Source of the DNA: Octopus sinensis
Lineage: Eukaryota
Direction: 5' to 3'
Assembly (NCBI RefSeq): GCF_006345805.1
Contig: NC_043008.1
Span: 70,122,001-70,186,000, forward strand
Length of the DNA stretch: 64,000 nucleotides
Below the pieces are notes generated by a model, which worked only from the letters and a program-made list of their open reading frames with translations, had not been told where the DNA came from and did no database searches. Position 1 is the stretch's first letter. Each line of letters starts with the position of its first letter. Position numbers and translations under genes: made by a program. Of the stretch, positions 27,498 through 42,255 are shown piece after piece.

Positions 27498-28795
27498 AGA
27501 AAATATTAGCCATTTTTCATACTTTCTAGGGATAAGCAAACAGAAAATAACAGTTGCTACCTGAGGACAAAATTGTATTACAGAGAGTAATCTGTTTCTT
27601 AACAATATAGGAAGTTATGATGTCAAGACTCTTGGAAGACAACGTTACTCTACTAGAAGAGCACAAATGTTATTCAAAAGATAAGTATTGATGTAAAATG
27701 TAGACATTAATAATTGAACTGCTGTTAAAGAGAGCAGAATGAGAAAAGGAATTAAAGTATGACATGGATTGATATCCAAAATGTGTTTAGTAGCATACCA
27801 ACATCATGGATATTGTAAACACAATTAAGTTCACTATTAACCCTTTTATTTCAATTAACTTTGAAAACGTTGAAGAATTTAGTGAAATAATTTTGCCTTC
27901 ATCAAGCCAAAGTTTGGAACATAAATTAACATGAAATTTTGATGGAAGGTTTTAAATTTAGATCACTTCAAAACAGGAAGTTTGCATCATACAACCAGGA
28001 GTGATTTTGGATAGATGGTATCAAAAGAGTTAAAACAGCATATAACCACATTATATACAAAGTTAGAAAATATCAATCACAATTAATTATGAATAAGAGA
28101 AAATAATTAAAAAGGATAACAAAAAGACAGCAGTAACCTCTAAGAAAAGAAGAATCTTTCAGGGAGACTTTATATCGCCACCCCATTCTTTTATTTTCAT
28201 TAATACTTTCCAATTCCATTTATACATTTTTTAATTAAATGGTCAATAGTTACACATGTTACAAACTATAAACCATCATTCTTTACATGGATGAGTGAAA
28301 GCTATTTAAAATGTAGGTGGCACACATCTAGAATACTTCACATAAAATTGTACATAGACTTGGCAATAATATAAAAATAGCTGCGCATTTAGACAAATGT
28401 ACAAAGCTACTGTGAAGAGAGGCTAGTTAATTAAAACTAAAAATATTAAATTAGAGAGTTAAATGTTAACATCAAGTAATCAGAAAGCACCACCTATACT
28501 AGTCATTAGGAGTAGATGAAAATTATTAGTTAGATTATACAGAAATGAAATATAAATTTAGAAAAGGTTATTACTAAAGAGTCAAACTAATTTTAAAAGC
28601 CAAACTTGTTCATTCATTCATTCTTTTGTTTTTATGTCTTTATTCTTATGTTAGCATGAGTTGGGTGGATGTGTGTGTGTGTTTGTATGAGTATATATAT
28701 ATATATATATCTATATATGCACACACACACCAATCTCTTTCTCTCTCTCTCTCTATCAAGATATATATATATATATATATATACATATACACATA

Positions 28796-29587
28796 CAGAG
28801 TGTGATGGGTAAATTGTTGCCATTTTATATTTTTAATTTTGTGCATGCACATTGTTTGTTTTTGATTTTAACGACCACGCAGTATAGTAGAGAAAAACAG
28901 CACCATGATGCAAAGCACTCTGCCAGAAATTTGGAAACAACATGCTGCACTGCTTGGCATTTGTGCTGGAGGCTCTAATAGGAATATTTTGGAGCGCTTG
29001 TGTGTCAATCTGAGGACATGTACCGTGAGTAATAAAAAATCAACCATCTAGTCAACATGATGATGTTTGAAGTGATCACTAGTGCTGGCCTCTAGTCATC
29101 TTCCAACACAGTCTTGGACTCAACACAGAGGCCTACAACAAGTGCCTGGAGGAGGTAGTGTTAACCTGGGTCAAGAGGGTGGCTGTTAGAAGAACCCAGT
29201 CATGGCTGTCAGACAATTTCTGTGATCACATTACCCCTAAAATCTGGCTACCTAACTCCCCAGACTGCAACCCCGTGATTATTATGTCTAAGGGCAGTTG
29301 AGTGAGAGACCAACAAAACTCCCTGTAACACCACAAAGGAACTGGAGGCAAAGATCATGGCAGTATTCACCAACTTAAGCAAGAAAACCATCCAGAAGAG
29401 TTGTAGGAGATTCTGAAGTTGTCTGGAGGTCATCGTTGAAGCCAATAGCAATTTTATTGAATAAATTTACTCTTTAGTATTTCAAGATATTTTTATGTAA
29501 TTTTGGTAAATATATGTGTTAAAATGAGATGTCAGTGTTATTTTCATTTTTGCGTAATTTAGACGACAATATATTCACCACACCCTC
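28796..29587 (+). mobile_element. Internally deleted IS630-Tc1-mariner element of maT/DD37D type
   Basis: TA-flanked imperfect TIRs (cagagtgtgatgggtaaattgttgcc / gacgacaatatattcaccacaccctc). Transposase remnants GLNTEAYNKCLEEVVLTWVKRVA, WLSDNFCDHITPKIWLPNSPDCNP and LEVIVEANSNFIE*. Confidence 0.8.
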
Positions 29588-29596
29588 TATGTGTGT

Positions 29597-29643
<47 letters not shown>

Positions 29644-29665
29644 GTGTGTGTTCCTTTCCACCCTT

Positions 29666-29714
<49 letters not shown>

Positions 29715-30040
29715 ATATATAGAGAGATAGATAGATAGATGTATATTTGTGAGGCATTAATTTGTAGCTGCATGCTTTCCTGTCACTAGCCCTTACCTAT
29801 CTTTAAAGAAAGGAAGGGGTCTCTTTTTCCACACATGTTGGAAATTTCAGAACCAGAGCATAGTTTCTTGAAGTAGAATAAACATAAATTTTAGCTATTG
29901 TATTTCAGTGCTTTTCCATGTGGAGTGTACAGGATGTAAACATTTCCACAGATATATGTGTGGACTTACATGCACGCTCATACATTGACTTACATGCACG
30001 CTCACACACTTACACACACACTCACACATACACACACATA

Positions 30041-30931
30041 TGAGGTCTGATCAATGTGTCCAGGCTGTTACCATCGTAATGAAGCTAAAGCATGCAGAGT
30101 GAAGCTGCTTGGCACAGATTGACCTTGAACTCTGCTGTGCATATGCACTAAGTTTAACATTGTAGCTCACTCCTACTGTTTACAGCAGTGCTTGGAAGGA
30201 AGGTGTGTAGTGTGTGATTGTCACATTGACCATGACATAGAAAGTTGTCATTGTGATACCTACTCAGAGTCTTACACAAAGTTGCAGAAAGTGTATGGAG
30301 AGGAGTGTATGAGTGGCACACAAGTGTATGAGTAGCTCAAACATTTCCAAGATGGCCAAAAAAATGTCGATTGTGACAAACGTTCTAGGAGACCTGCAAC
30401 CAACAGAAGTAAGAAAAACATTGCAGATGTGCATGCAACTGTTTTGGAAATCATCGAATCATCATCCATGAGTTATCAGAAGATGTGCAGAATAGTTACG
30501 GTTTAGTTCAGTCCGTTATCACTGAAGATTTGGGTATGCAACACATGTCTGCCACGTTTGTGACAAAACTGCTTTCAGCTGACCAAAAAGACTCTTGGGC
30601 TTCACTTGCACAAGATCTCTTCGATTGTGACAAGAATGATAAAATCGTTTTGAAAACTTTGCATAGGCCTCTAAGCAGGTAGTGCAAAACTTTTGGCAAA
30701 ATTTGATACAGATTCTCTGCTCAACTTTCTCTGTCATGGTCAATGCAATGATCACACACTACACACCTTCCTTCCAAGCACTGGTATAAACTGTAGAAGA
30801 GACCTAGAACGTTAAAACTTAGTGCACATGCACACCAGAGTTTAAGGCCAATCTGTGCCTAGCAACTTTACTCTGCATGCTTTAGCTTCGTTACTATGGC
30901 AGCAGTCTGGATACTTATTGATCAGACCACG
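30041..30931. mobile_element. Mariner derivative made of two inverted 5' ends
   Basis: TA-flanked (tgaggtctgatcaat / attgatcagaccacg). 30041-30247 is the reverse complement of about 30721-30931. Transposase N-terminus appears on both strands (KLQKVYGEECMSGTQVYE on +, MTEKVEQRICIKFCQK on -). Confidence 0.88.
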
Positions 30932-31129
30932 TACTTATACGACAAGCTTCTTTCAGTTTCTAGCAAGCTTCTTTCAGTTTCTGGCTCCCAAATGCATTGT
31001 TAGTACTTATGTGTTATTAGTTGGTGTGGCGCTATAGTAGAAGACACTTGTTACAGGTGTTTTGCAGAGAGACTGAACCTAGAACCATATAGGCATAAAT
31101 AAACATCTTCACCACACAGCCTTACCTGT

Positions 31130-32545
31130 GTCAAGAGTCTTGCCTGTACCTATGGTAGTCATAAATGAGATTATAAGTATAAATACACTAACCAAGCAAA
31201 TAATAAACTACAGCCTCTGTATGATAAATTGGAAGTTAAGTGAACTGAAGAACTTAGACTGGAAATCTAGAAAATTACTCTTTGTATTCCAAACCCACCA
31301 TTCTTTGGTGAATGTAGATAAGATATGCCTATTATGCATACATGAAGGACAGGGTTTGATACAAATAGAAAACTATTACAAATTAACCACGGTGGATATA
31401 GCAAAAATAGTTAGAAGCAAACAAAAAAAAAACTGATTGGTATAAAGCAGGAGCATGAATAACAAAAGTTTAAAAAAAACCTTTCTCTCAACATAAATAA
31501 TAAAGAAACAATAAAGTACAAACTTGAAACTAATTACATTGAGGTAAAAGGGTTAGATAAGGACAAAATATCAGAAAAGTTAAAGAAATAGAAAGAAAAA
31601 GAATAAAATCAAAGCAAGACTTGGAGAGATAAAAAAAAAATGGAGAGATTTTTTTTCTCCCTATTGTCAATATTGTGCAAGAGTAGATAGAAAGATAGCA
31701 AAACAATATGGAAGCCAACAAATGTTCAAAATCTCTAGACTGACGTTAGAATCAGAAGATCTGGTTTTTAGTTGTACAAGATCAAGGCCTTGTCATGTAA
31801 TATTATCAACATAATAGAATACAAATATAAAACTAATATCAATTGTTAGAAAATATAATCAAGATAAAGAAATAAATTGGCTACTTCAATTCTGAGTGTC
31901 CATTCTTTACAAAGAATATAGCGACAAACATCACTGGTTTGTTAGCTAACCATGTTTTGCTGGGCATTATGTAATTATTACTATATCAAAACTGAAAATA
32001 GATATCTTTAGCCTATGGGATGTTGATATCACTGTCTATCTGAGATTACATTAGCCTATGAGATGTTGATATGACTATGTTTACCTTAAAATATATTAGC
32101 CCATGTAACATTCATATGACCGTCTGAGATCATATTAGTTCATGTAATATATATGCCTATATCCATCTTAGATCATATTAGCATATTTGATACTGATATG
32201 ACTATATCTATCTTAAAATATATTAGCCTATGTAACATTGGAATGACTGCCTAAGATCATGTTAGTCTATGTAATTTATATGCCTATATCTATCTTATAT
32301 CATATTAGCCTTTGTGATGTTGATATAACATGCCTTTCTGAAATCTCTCTATTTAGACTAACAAGGTGATCAAAGTGAACTGTTGAGCTAAAGCTAAATA
32401 CAGACAGTAAACCTATACACATAGAGAGGCATCTTTATAACAACTAAATTCTCTTAGAAGTAAACCATAAAGTCGTCCACGTGCAGTCATTGATATGGAA
32501 GTTTAAAAGGTGTCAGAGTGTAAAACAGGACCAGTAATAATTGAC
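31130..32545 (+). mobile_element. Degraded R4/Dong-clade non-LTR retrotransposon (post-RT and RLE region)
   Basis: INTL..IINYSLCMINWKLSELKNLDWKSRKLL...HH..VDKI...EGQGLIQIE resembles INW..ELxxLDRKTRKxL..HHP..D.D.LY.PR..GGRGL. Later LTLESEDLVF..QDQGL and SECP..KEY remnants. Confidence 0.75.
31995..32340. repeat. Minisatellite, ~40-bp unit (tattagcctatgtgatgttgatatgactatatctatcttagatca), within the R4/Dong remnant
   Basis: About eight copies of the attagccta/tatgac motif. Confidence 0.8.
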
Positions 32546-33539
32546 ATGTAAATTCATCAAGGCATGTATTGACATGTGAATTCATTAAGGCATGTATTGA
32601 CATGTAAATTCATTAAATTTCATCCTTGCTACAACATTTATGACAGCTGCTTTCCTCTTCATACCTCAATTGTTGATATTAATGCAAAAATTATGTCCAT
32701 TCACTCTTGAGAAAAGTCTCCAAGAGTAATTACATTGGACAGGGTATCAACCTTAGTATTCATGCAGTGACCTCCCACTATTTTAAAACAAATGCATGCC
32801 AAATTACAGAAAACAGTTTTATGGAATATATAATTGTGTGTGATTTTTGTAATACATGTATTACTAATATCAGCCCTTTATATTCAGTAAGATTTGCATT
32901 ACCTGATGTTACTTAGAGTACTCAACTTGGCTGTTAATATCAGCACCTGCATCTCTTCTACTTAGAGGAGATGATGAGAATGTTTCAATGCCTTCTTTCT
33001 TTCAAGAATATTTTAAAAAAATTATTGCAGTAATATAAATTCCAATTTTCTTCTGAGAAATTTACAAAAAACACAGTAGAAAACTCACAAACCTTTGATG
33101 TAAATGATTAGAGTATTTTAGATATGAAGACTAATAATTATAATTAGAAAACGATAATCTAAAAACAAGAAATTTATTCTAATAATAATAATAATGATAA
33201 CAATAATAATGCAGCTCAAGCAGCAAAGATTTCCTTTTAATAATCTGTGAAATAATAGATGGAACATGAACAATGCAGAGAAATTTTGGGAGAATTGATA
33301 GCTGAGATAGTTAAATTGAAGTGTGTAGACATGGTCTTTGGAAAAATCCAAGAAAATTAATTTGAATTCAAGTATTCTGGATAATGGATGTACTTCTGCT
33401 TTGTCAAGTCAGCGATTAAAGGAAAATTTTTGCTGAGCAAGAAAAGTGTATATTTGTTGCTTAACTGGTATACTGTTTGAAGCTGTAGAAAGCAGATGTA
33501 TGGCTTTAACCAATTACTACATATGGGAATAAATAATAA

Positions 33540-34325
33540 TCTACCTGCTGATTGACTGTGTGAAACTTTGCAATGTTATCTTATTCACTTATATGCTCCA
33601 TTTGAAGCAATGCATCAGTCTAGGCATATTTTCCACTGTTCAAAGCAGTGCTGGAACTCTTGTGAAGTGATGCTTTTAATGCCTTTGTCATTTTTTTTTT
33701 TTTTTCACTTCTTCCTCATCTGCAAATTCTGTAGCACCAGCTTTTGTCACCAATGATCTTCGGAAAAAAGGTCCGGATAAAGTTCCAATTGATCTTACAA
33801 TTCATGACATGCATTCAGTTGTGACTGTTTTTGATCTGTGAGAAAATGAGGCACAAATTTTGCTGCAACTCTTTACATTTGTAATTCCTCACACAAAATC
33901 ATTGGCAGGAACTCCAAGAAACACCAATCATGTCAACAAGTTTGTCAATTGTTGAGTGATGGTCCTCCAGGATCAGATCATGAATTTTCCCTATGATTTT
34001 CAGTCGTTCATGAAGTCAGTGGTCGCCCTGAATGAGGTTGGTCTTCAAACTAATAGTGACCATTCCTAAAGCATGAAAACCACTCGTAAACTTGTATTTT
34101 GCTCATGGCAGTATCCTTGGAAGCTGTTTGAAACATGACAACTGTTCCAGCCGCTGTTTTCCTCAGCAGAAAATACAATTTCAAGGAAGCATACTGTTCA
34201 TTTGTATCAACCATTGCAAAAATTGATGAAGAAGAGAAAAGCACTGCAAAATAAAGACACCCCCTGTGGCAGTACAACCTCACCCAACAACGATGGTCAC
34301 CGGACTTATGCTTGAGGTTTGCATC
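33540..34325 (-). mobile_element. Mariner transposase remnant (N-terminal HTH and deleted body)
   Basis: MVDTNEQYASLKLYFLLRKTAAGTVVMFQTASKDTAMSKIQVYEWFSCFRNG resembles the EQRxxIKFCFxLGKTAxET...VYEWFxRFK N-terminus of mariner transposases. Confidence 0.8.
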
Positions 34326-34364
34326 AAATATGAACATATATATGTACACACATATATATATATA

Positions 34365-34398
<34 letters not shown>

Positions 34399-34797
34399 GG
34401 TCCCGGGTTGATTCGGGGTTAACCACAAGAAAATAGAAATAATTAAATTAATAATTGGACATAATTATTATCCTTTAATGAGGTTTTTAAACTTTAACTG
34501 AACTTTTTGATATATATATATAAATAAAAAGGAGTTTGTATGATTGTATATAGAGGGATATATATTATTCAAATGAATTCCAACTCTGTCTGTTTTTATG
34601 TTTTATTTATGTTCTTTATAATATTGATGTAGAATATAGTACATATTGTATAAATAGTATACATAGTAAAATGAAATGAAGTATTGATTGTCTTATTGAA
34701 TAGATGAAATATTGAATATAAAATATTAAGGGACTAGTATACTTCCTTGCATTAAAGCAGTCTTCAAGGTCCCAGGTTGTGACAGGAGTGTTTCAAC

Positions 34798-34844
<47 letters not shown>

Positions 34845-34968
34845 TATATATGTATATATATATATATATAATATATATATATATATTTATTATATAGAAG
34901 GAGCTTCTACTCTGCTATATATATATTTATTATATAGAAGGAGCTTTTACTCTGCTATGTATTGAGTA

Positions 34969-35018
<50 letters not shown>

Positions 35019-35042
35019 CACACACACACATATACATATATT

Positions 35043-35076
<34 letters not shown>

Positions 35077-35646
35077 TGCACACATATTTCACTGAGACAT
35101 TAGGAGACTAATACCTAATGTAGAACTCAATCTATGTAATTTTCAAAATGAAGTGTTAGACAAGTATAGCACGGTAATAAGAAAGAAAGATTATAAAGGA
35201 ATGAATGATTATAGCTTACAGAAGTTTATGCAGTAAGATACAGTGGACTGAAAGATGAGTGCCTGAATAACATCTTATAGCTTCAACAGAGCCTTGAATA
35301 TGAAGTGCAAATTATTTGAGAAAGAATTTCATTTGTACATCAGCTATGAGAGAAGTCAATGCAGTTGTATATAAGGAAAGTGTATGTCCAAAATATAATT
35401 AAATTTAACAGTGGAAATATATGTATTGATACATACGTGAGTGCCTCAGAGTGTGTGTGCATATGTGCCTGTGTGTAGTGTGTGTGTATGTGTATGTATG
35501 TATGTGTATATATATATGTATATATATACGCACACACACACATTCACACACACATATATATATGTGCATTTTCACTTTTTTCTTTTTACTTACCCCTTAT
35601 CTTCTCTACATGTAGTTTCTGTTTTCTTTTTGAAACATATTTCTAT

Positions 35647-35683
<37 letters not shown>

Positions 35684-37386
35684 GTGTATATATGTGTGTG
35701 CGTTTACATATATGTATAGAGAAAGATAGATAGGTAGGTAGATGGATGGTTGGCAGGCAGATAGGTAGATGAAAATTGAAATGGAAAAACTGTACTTAAC
35801 ACATATAGCTGACTTTGTATATACTTTATCACGATCTGAATGTTCTAGAACCTTTACTCTGAGTTTTATATTGTTGGTTATTTCAACAATTAAAGAAGAA
35901 AAGCAGCATGTCTCAATAAGCAAAAGATGTTTGTAAACACATCAAAATTTGATTGATTGCTAAAAAAAAAAAAAGAGAATTTTCTCACACATACATCTAG
36001 TCATCAATCATATGCAAAACATATTATTTATTCATATATTCACTAGTAAAAGTGTGATATTTTCTAATACACAGTATCATGTGTGTAAAACACATACAGA
36101 CATAGAAAGCGAGTGCCCTCAATGAAATTTAATGTTGCCGAACAACTGGATTTTTTTTATTATGTGATCTTTCAAGATATAATTAGTCTCTTATGTTGGA
36201 AATAAACTGTTTAAGCCACATGATAAAATTTTTACTTTGAATATCAATGGAAATATCTACAAGAATCATTTTGTGAGGTATGAATGGCTACACATTATAC
36301 ATAGAACAGTAGTAATACTAAAAAGTACAAATATATGAAATGAAACTAGATGGTATAATCTTCCATGTACTTTAAATGACTTCTCTGTTTTCCTCATCTT
36401 AATTTTTCATCTAATTCAATTCTGCAATGTTTATACCTGTCTCTCTAGTGCTCTGCCATTGTTTGTGGTCAGCTGCTGCCATTCTCTATGTAACTTGTAA
36501 CCAAGCAACCTGCTTTACTGAGATGTTGCTTGATTATATCCTTATACAGTTATAATAATGGTTTCTGATTTAATCATAAGACCTTAAGGTATTGGGGAGT
36601 AGTTGAGACCTTTGACTCCTGTAGTTGATGAGTAATGCATTTTATACTTGATGCAACACCAGGCAGTGACTCTCATGGCTTCTGATCTTAACTGATTGAA
36701 AGTATTATTGTGTACATTGTTTTGTCTTGGTATAAATGATGGGCTACAATAAATATTCTGCTCAATACCACAAATTTGCTTGTCAGTTGCTTGACCATAA
36801 CCAGTTGAGCATGTCCCTTGGTGGATGAAAATATGTGCATCTCTGATCATGAGCAGAAGTAGTGGGGGAGCATCATAGTCATGTGTTGAGAGGAATTCTT
36901 TGGGGTTTGGATAATTCACCTTTGAAAACATGGGTGTTTTGTTCAGCATCTTTAAACAACCCTTATTCAGGGACCTTTTGACCTGAAGAAAATTCTACTG
37001 GGTCCCACTTGCAAGGTCATGCACTGTTTATCTTGATATGAGATCATTCTGTTGTTCGTATATGGTTGCGATGCATGTGCCTGGTATACCCTTATCAGAG
37101 GGATAGTCATGATGAGTATATGGGGATTCATATATTTTACCCCAGTGTCACTTTGATGGCATGCAATGCTCTCTGACTCAATAATAATAATAATCCTTTC
37201 TATTACAGACACAAGGCTTGAAATTTTGAGTGAGGGAGTTAATCAATTATATCGACCCCAGTGTTTCACTGGTACTTAATTTAACTGACCCTGAAAGCAT
37301 GAGAGGCGAAGTTGACCTCAGCGGAATTTGAACTCGAAAATATAAAACCAGAAAAACTTCTGCCTGGTACCTTCTAGCTTACTGCC

Positions 37387-37424
<38 letters not shown>

Positions 37425-37636
37425 CCTTTCTATTAAAAGCACAAGGCTAAAAATTTGTGGGAGGGGCATAGTTGATTACATCAACCCCAGTACTCAACTG
37501 GTACTTATTTTATCAACCCTGAAATGATGAAAGGCAAATTCAACCTAGGCAGAATTTGAACTCAAAATGTAAGGACAGGCTAAATGCTGCTAAGCAATTT
37601 TCCCAGTATGCAAACAATTCTGCCAACTCACCACCT

Positions 37637-37681
<45 letters not shown>

Positions 37682-40600
37682 GACTATGTTTTATAAATTT
37701 TCTTATTTCTCTTCAGATCCTTCATTTTTATTTTCATAGTTAAGGTTATTTAGAGCACAATGTTCAAACACATATGAATATAGGCAGGAAAAAGGAAAAT
37801 AATACCAGAGATGTTTTGTACAAAGTTACAAATGTTTTGGGATGCTATGACTGGTTATATCAACTGCAGTGCATAATTTTACTAATTTTATTGACCCAAT
37901 GAAGATAAATTGCAAAACTGGCACTGGCTGAATTTGAACTTGGTATAAACAGTTGTATCTAAATACATCTGATCAATTTGTTAGGCACTTTACCATATCT
38001 GCCACTCTCTCTTACACTTAAGTGATGGTTTTAACATTAATTTCTAGCATTGGTATGAGCCATAAATTTGTAAGGTACAAGTATAGTTGATTGAATAGGT
38101 ACATTATTTTTACGTGTTTCTGTCATTAGACTATGGCCATGCTGGGGCAGAGCCTTCAAGAATTTTTGTCAAATGAATTGATCCCAGTACTTAATTTTTG
38201 TTAAACCTGGTACGTATTTTGTCAGTCTCTTTGGCTGAAATGCTAAGTTATGGTAATGTAAACGCACTGACACTGGTTGTGAAGTAGTAGTGGTGAACAA
38301 ACACAGACATACACACACATAGATATATGGGCTTTTTGCAGTTTTCGTCTACTAGATCTATTCACAAAGCTCAAAGCTCTAGAAGAAGACACTTATCCAA
38401 GGTGCTAGACAACAGGACTGAACTCATAACCATATGGTTGTGAAGTAAGCTTCTTAACACAAAAGCACACCTGCACCTATATTACTGATATTCAGTTTAT
38501 GGAAACTCTGAGGGATTGAAAGAGGTAACTTTATTGGTAAGATTTGAATGTTAGAATAAGGAGGGATGTAAAATTGCTACAGTATGGACTTAATTTGATG
38601 TGACTTATCACATCACTCCCCATTAGAGCATCATTATCATCATCATCATCGTTTAACATCCGTTTTCCATGCTGGTATGAGTTGGACAGTTTGACTGAGG
38701 ACTGGTGAGCCAGAAGGCTGCACCAGGCTCAATCTGATCTGGCAAAGTTTCTACAGCTGGATGCCCTTCCTAATGCTGACCACTCCAATAGTATAGTGGG
38801 TGCTTTTACATGCCAATGGCAAGAGGGCCAGTCAAGCAGTTCTGGCAATGACCATGCTGAAAAGGTGTTTTTTTTACTTGCTACCTGCATGGGAGCCGCT
38901 CTGGTGGTGCTGGCAATGACCACGTTCGAATGTTGTTTTTCATGTGCCACCGGTATGTGCTGGTAAGGTGATGCTGGATCATGCTTGAATGGTGCTTTTT
39001 ATGTGCCACTGGCACGGGAGCCAATCCATGACCCTGGCAATGATCATGCTCGGATGTACTTTTAACATTCCACTGGCATGAGTGCCAATCAGGCGGTACT
39101 GTCATCGGCAACGTCAGTGATTTTGATTTGATTTGATTCAGTTTATATATTTTTCTAATTGTATTTCATATCATATTCAGCTGGTTATCACAAATGACTT
39201 ATGAAGGTCAAAATCTTTGAGAAACTGCGAATGCTACAGTCATAGTTGCTATGTAAATGTGAAGGTCATTACCCCTTGCTCCTTTCTAAATCATGAAATG
39301 TAAATAATAAAAAAAAAAACCTACTCTATATTAGCGACTAAAATATCGACAACTATTTGTCTTTCAATGATATCATTTTAATACAATATCAAATTTTATC
39401 TCTTCAATATAAGCAAAAAAAGAACAGAGCCAGTCAGACAGATACACACATGTACACACGCATATACAAATACATATGCATACATATATATATGTATACA
39501 CATACATATATACACACATGTATGTATATATATATATATATAAAAGAAAATTCCTAAATAAACATGCTTTTCATAGATGTTTCACCATAAATTTCATATT
39601 TTTTGAATAATGAAAGAAATCTAAACACTCTTTCCCTCGCTCTCCTTCTCCCTCTCTTGCTCTCTCTCTCTCCTTCCTAATCTCACTCCCCTCTTCTCTC
39701 TCTCTGCCTAATCCTCACTCACAAATTTCCCCCCTGTATCACAGCAATGTTTGCAGACACAGATTTCCGTTGCAGAATTCCAAGAGAGATTTCTCACTTT
39801 TGGTGCTACCAGCATTCTCTGAACAATTACATTAGTCAAACAAGTCGTGTTTATATGATGTCTTGAATAAACTGTGCCCGCCATTGCATTCCATGGCCAA
39901 TATGGAATAACAACAATAACAGCAAAAATAAAACTAAATTCAAACTATTTTTATAGATTGAAGCTATGAATAAAATATTCGAAAATATTCCACTGTTAAC
40001 CCTACGCATTTCTTTAGAACAGTTGGAAATCAAATCTATATAAGACTTTAATTGATTTTTGCTATTATTGTTGATGCTGATGTTGATGTTGTTGTGCAAA
40101 TATCTTTGTGTGTATGTATGTGTGTGTGTGTTTGTGTGCATATTTTTCTGATTTATGACAGACAGGTAAAAGAAAAAAAAATGAAAAAATTCCTCATCAA
40201 TATTTATATCTAGTTAGAAAAAGAAGAGGTAGGAAAGAGAGAGAGAGAAAGAGAGAGATAAGGGTAGTGGTGGTAGAAAAGTGACAGCAAGAGAAGGAGA
40301 CAGAATGCCTCTAGATATTCTGATTGTAGAATTATAGTAGTGTGGTGAGATGAATACAACAGTAATAGCATTTACTGTATATCAAAACTGTTACTTCATA
40401 CATACATACATACACACATACACACATACACACTTACATACATATACATGTATGTAACATATTCATACATACAAACATGCATGCATACATACTTACATAC
40501 ATATTTATTCATATATTGTGAGAAAACTTGCGGTAAATGCTCCATATTTTTTATCATATGATATATGCATATGAGGTTTGTTTCTTTCATTCACATTGCT

Positions 40601-41099
40601 ATAAAGTCATAGCTCTGACTACTTTTTGAGTTGTTGTGCACTCTAAGCGATTAAATATTTTGCTTTGATTAGCTATAATTGTACTGCCTCCATTCATGTG
40701 TGTCTTTCTAGTGTGTATATATATATATATATGTGTGTGTGTGCATGTATTTAAATATATATATGTACATATATTCATAAGAAAAATGTGTGTGTATATA
40801 TGTAGATGAGGCCATGAATGGACAGTTATTAGAGCATTTGATAGAACATATTGAAATATTTTTCCCAGCTCTCTCTACCCTCTGAGTTCAAATCCTGCTG
40901 AAGTCAGTATTACCTTTCTTCCTTTTGAAGCAATAAAAATATAATATCATCCTTGAGTTAGTGCAGCCCTTTCTCCTTCCAGATGTCACTGTTTGGATGA
41001 TCCACTGAGCTATGGGTTGTCTGCAAATGCTTGTGAATACACAAACACTTAATGATTATAGACAAGTCTATTAGTTATCTAAACAGTGACTTAGTATCC

Positions 41100-41650
41100 A
41101 AGGTCATTTGAAACCAGATTACTGAAGCCAGATCATTAAAAACCAGATTAGTGAAACTAGATCATTTGAAACTAGATCACTGAAACCAGATCACTGAACT
41201 TAGATAACAAAAACTAGATTAGTGAAGCCAGGGTAGTGAAACCAGATCACTGAACCTGGATCATGAAAACCAGATCACTAAAATCTTGACCACTGAAACC
41301 AGAGTAGTGAAGCTAGATCAGTGACTTTACATCATTTGAAACCTGATTAATGAAACTAGGACAGTAAAATCAGATAATTTGAAACCAGATTACTGAACCT
41401 AGATAATGAAAACTAAATTACTGAACCTAAATCATTTGAAACCAGTCTACTAAAACTACATCATTTGAAACTATGTCATTGAAACTAGGCCACTGAAATC
41501 AGATTACAGAATCTAGATAGTGGAAATTTGATTACTGAAACCAGGTCACAATGTCTAGATCAGTGAAACCAGATGATTTGAAACTAGATCATTTCTAGTA
41601 AGATTACTGAACCTAGTTCATAGAAACTAGTTCACTGAAACTAGATCGAA
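41100..41650. repeat. Minisatellite, ~14-15 bp unit (gaaaccagatcact)
   Basis: More than 30 degenerate copies; no long ORF. Confidence 0.85.
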
Positions 41651-41879
41651 AACCTGAAACAACTAAGAAGAGTCGAACATATGCTCTATGTAGTTGCGTG
41701 AATTGTCAGAAGTAGGAGCTAAATCTCCCTGAGATAACATTGTATTGTTTTAAAATATGAAACAATGCATTTGTTAATATACTCTTAGATACACTGTGAC
41801 TGCACAGAGATACATCTGGTCATAGATCAGCTGGATCAGAGTTAACTTTAGGTTATGAAACTTCATGATAACTAGAAGT

Positions 41880-42255
41880 TACCAATCCATTTGTTATAAC
41901 TACCACTACAAGCTACTATAGCAACTAAATCTAACTATTGTGTACCATGATCACCATTACTAATTACTGTAACAACCATTACTAACTACTATAGCCATCT
42001 ATACTAACTATTGTAATTAACATACAAATTACTGTAATTACCAGCAATACTTACTATAACCAATATAACCACCATTACTAATTACTGTAATCATTAATAT
42101 TAGGTACTATAGCCACCAATAATAACTACTATAACTACCAATACTAACTATTATAATCACCTATACAAACTTCTGTAATCACCAATACAAACAACCATTG
42201 CCACCAATACTAACTACTGTAATTAACAGTACTAACTATTATAAGTGGTACTATA
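41880..42255. repeat. Degenerate minisatellite, ~21 bp unit (accaatactaactactataa)
   Basis: Repeated actaactact/accaata blocks. Confidence 0.75.
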
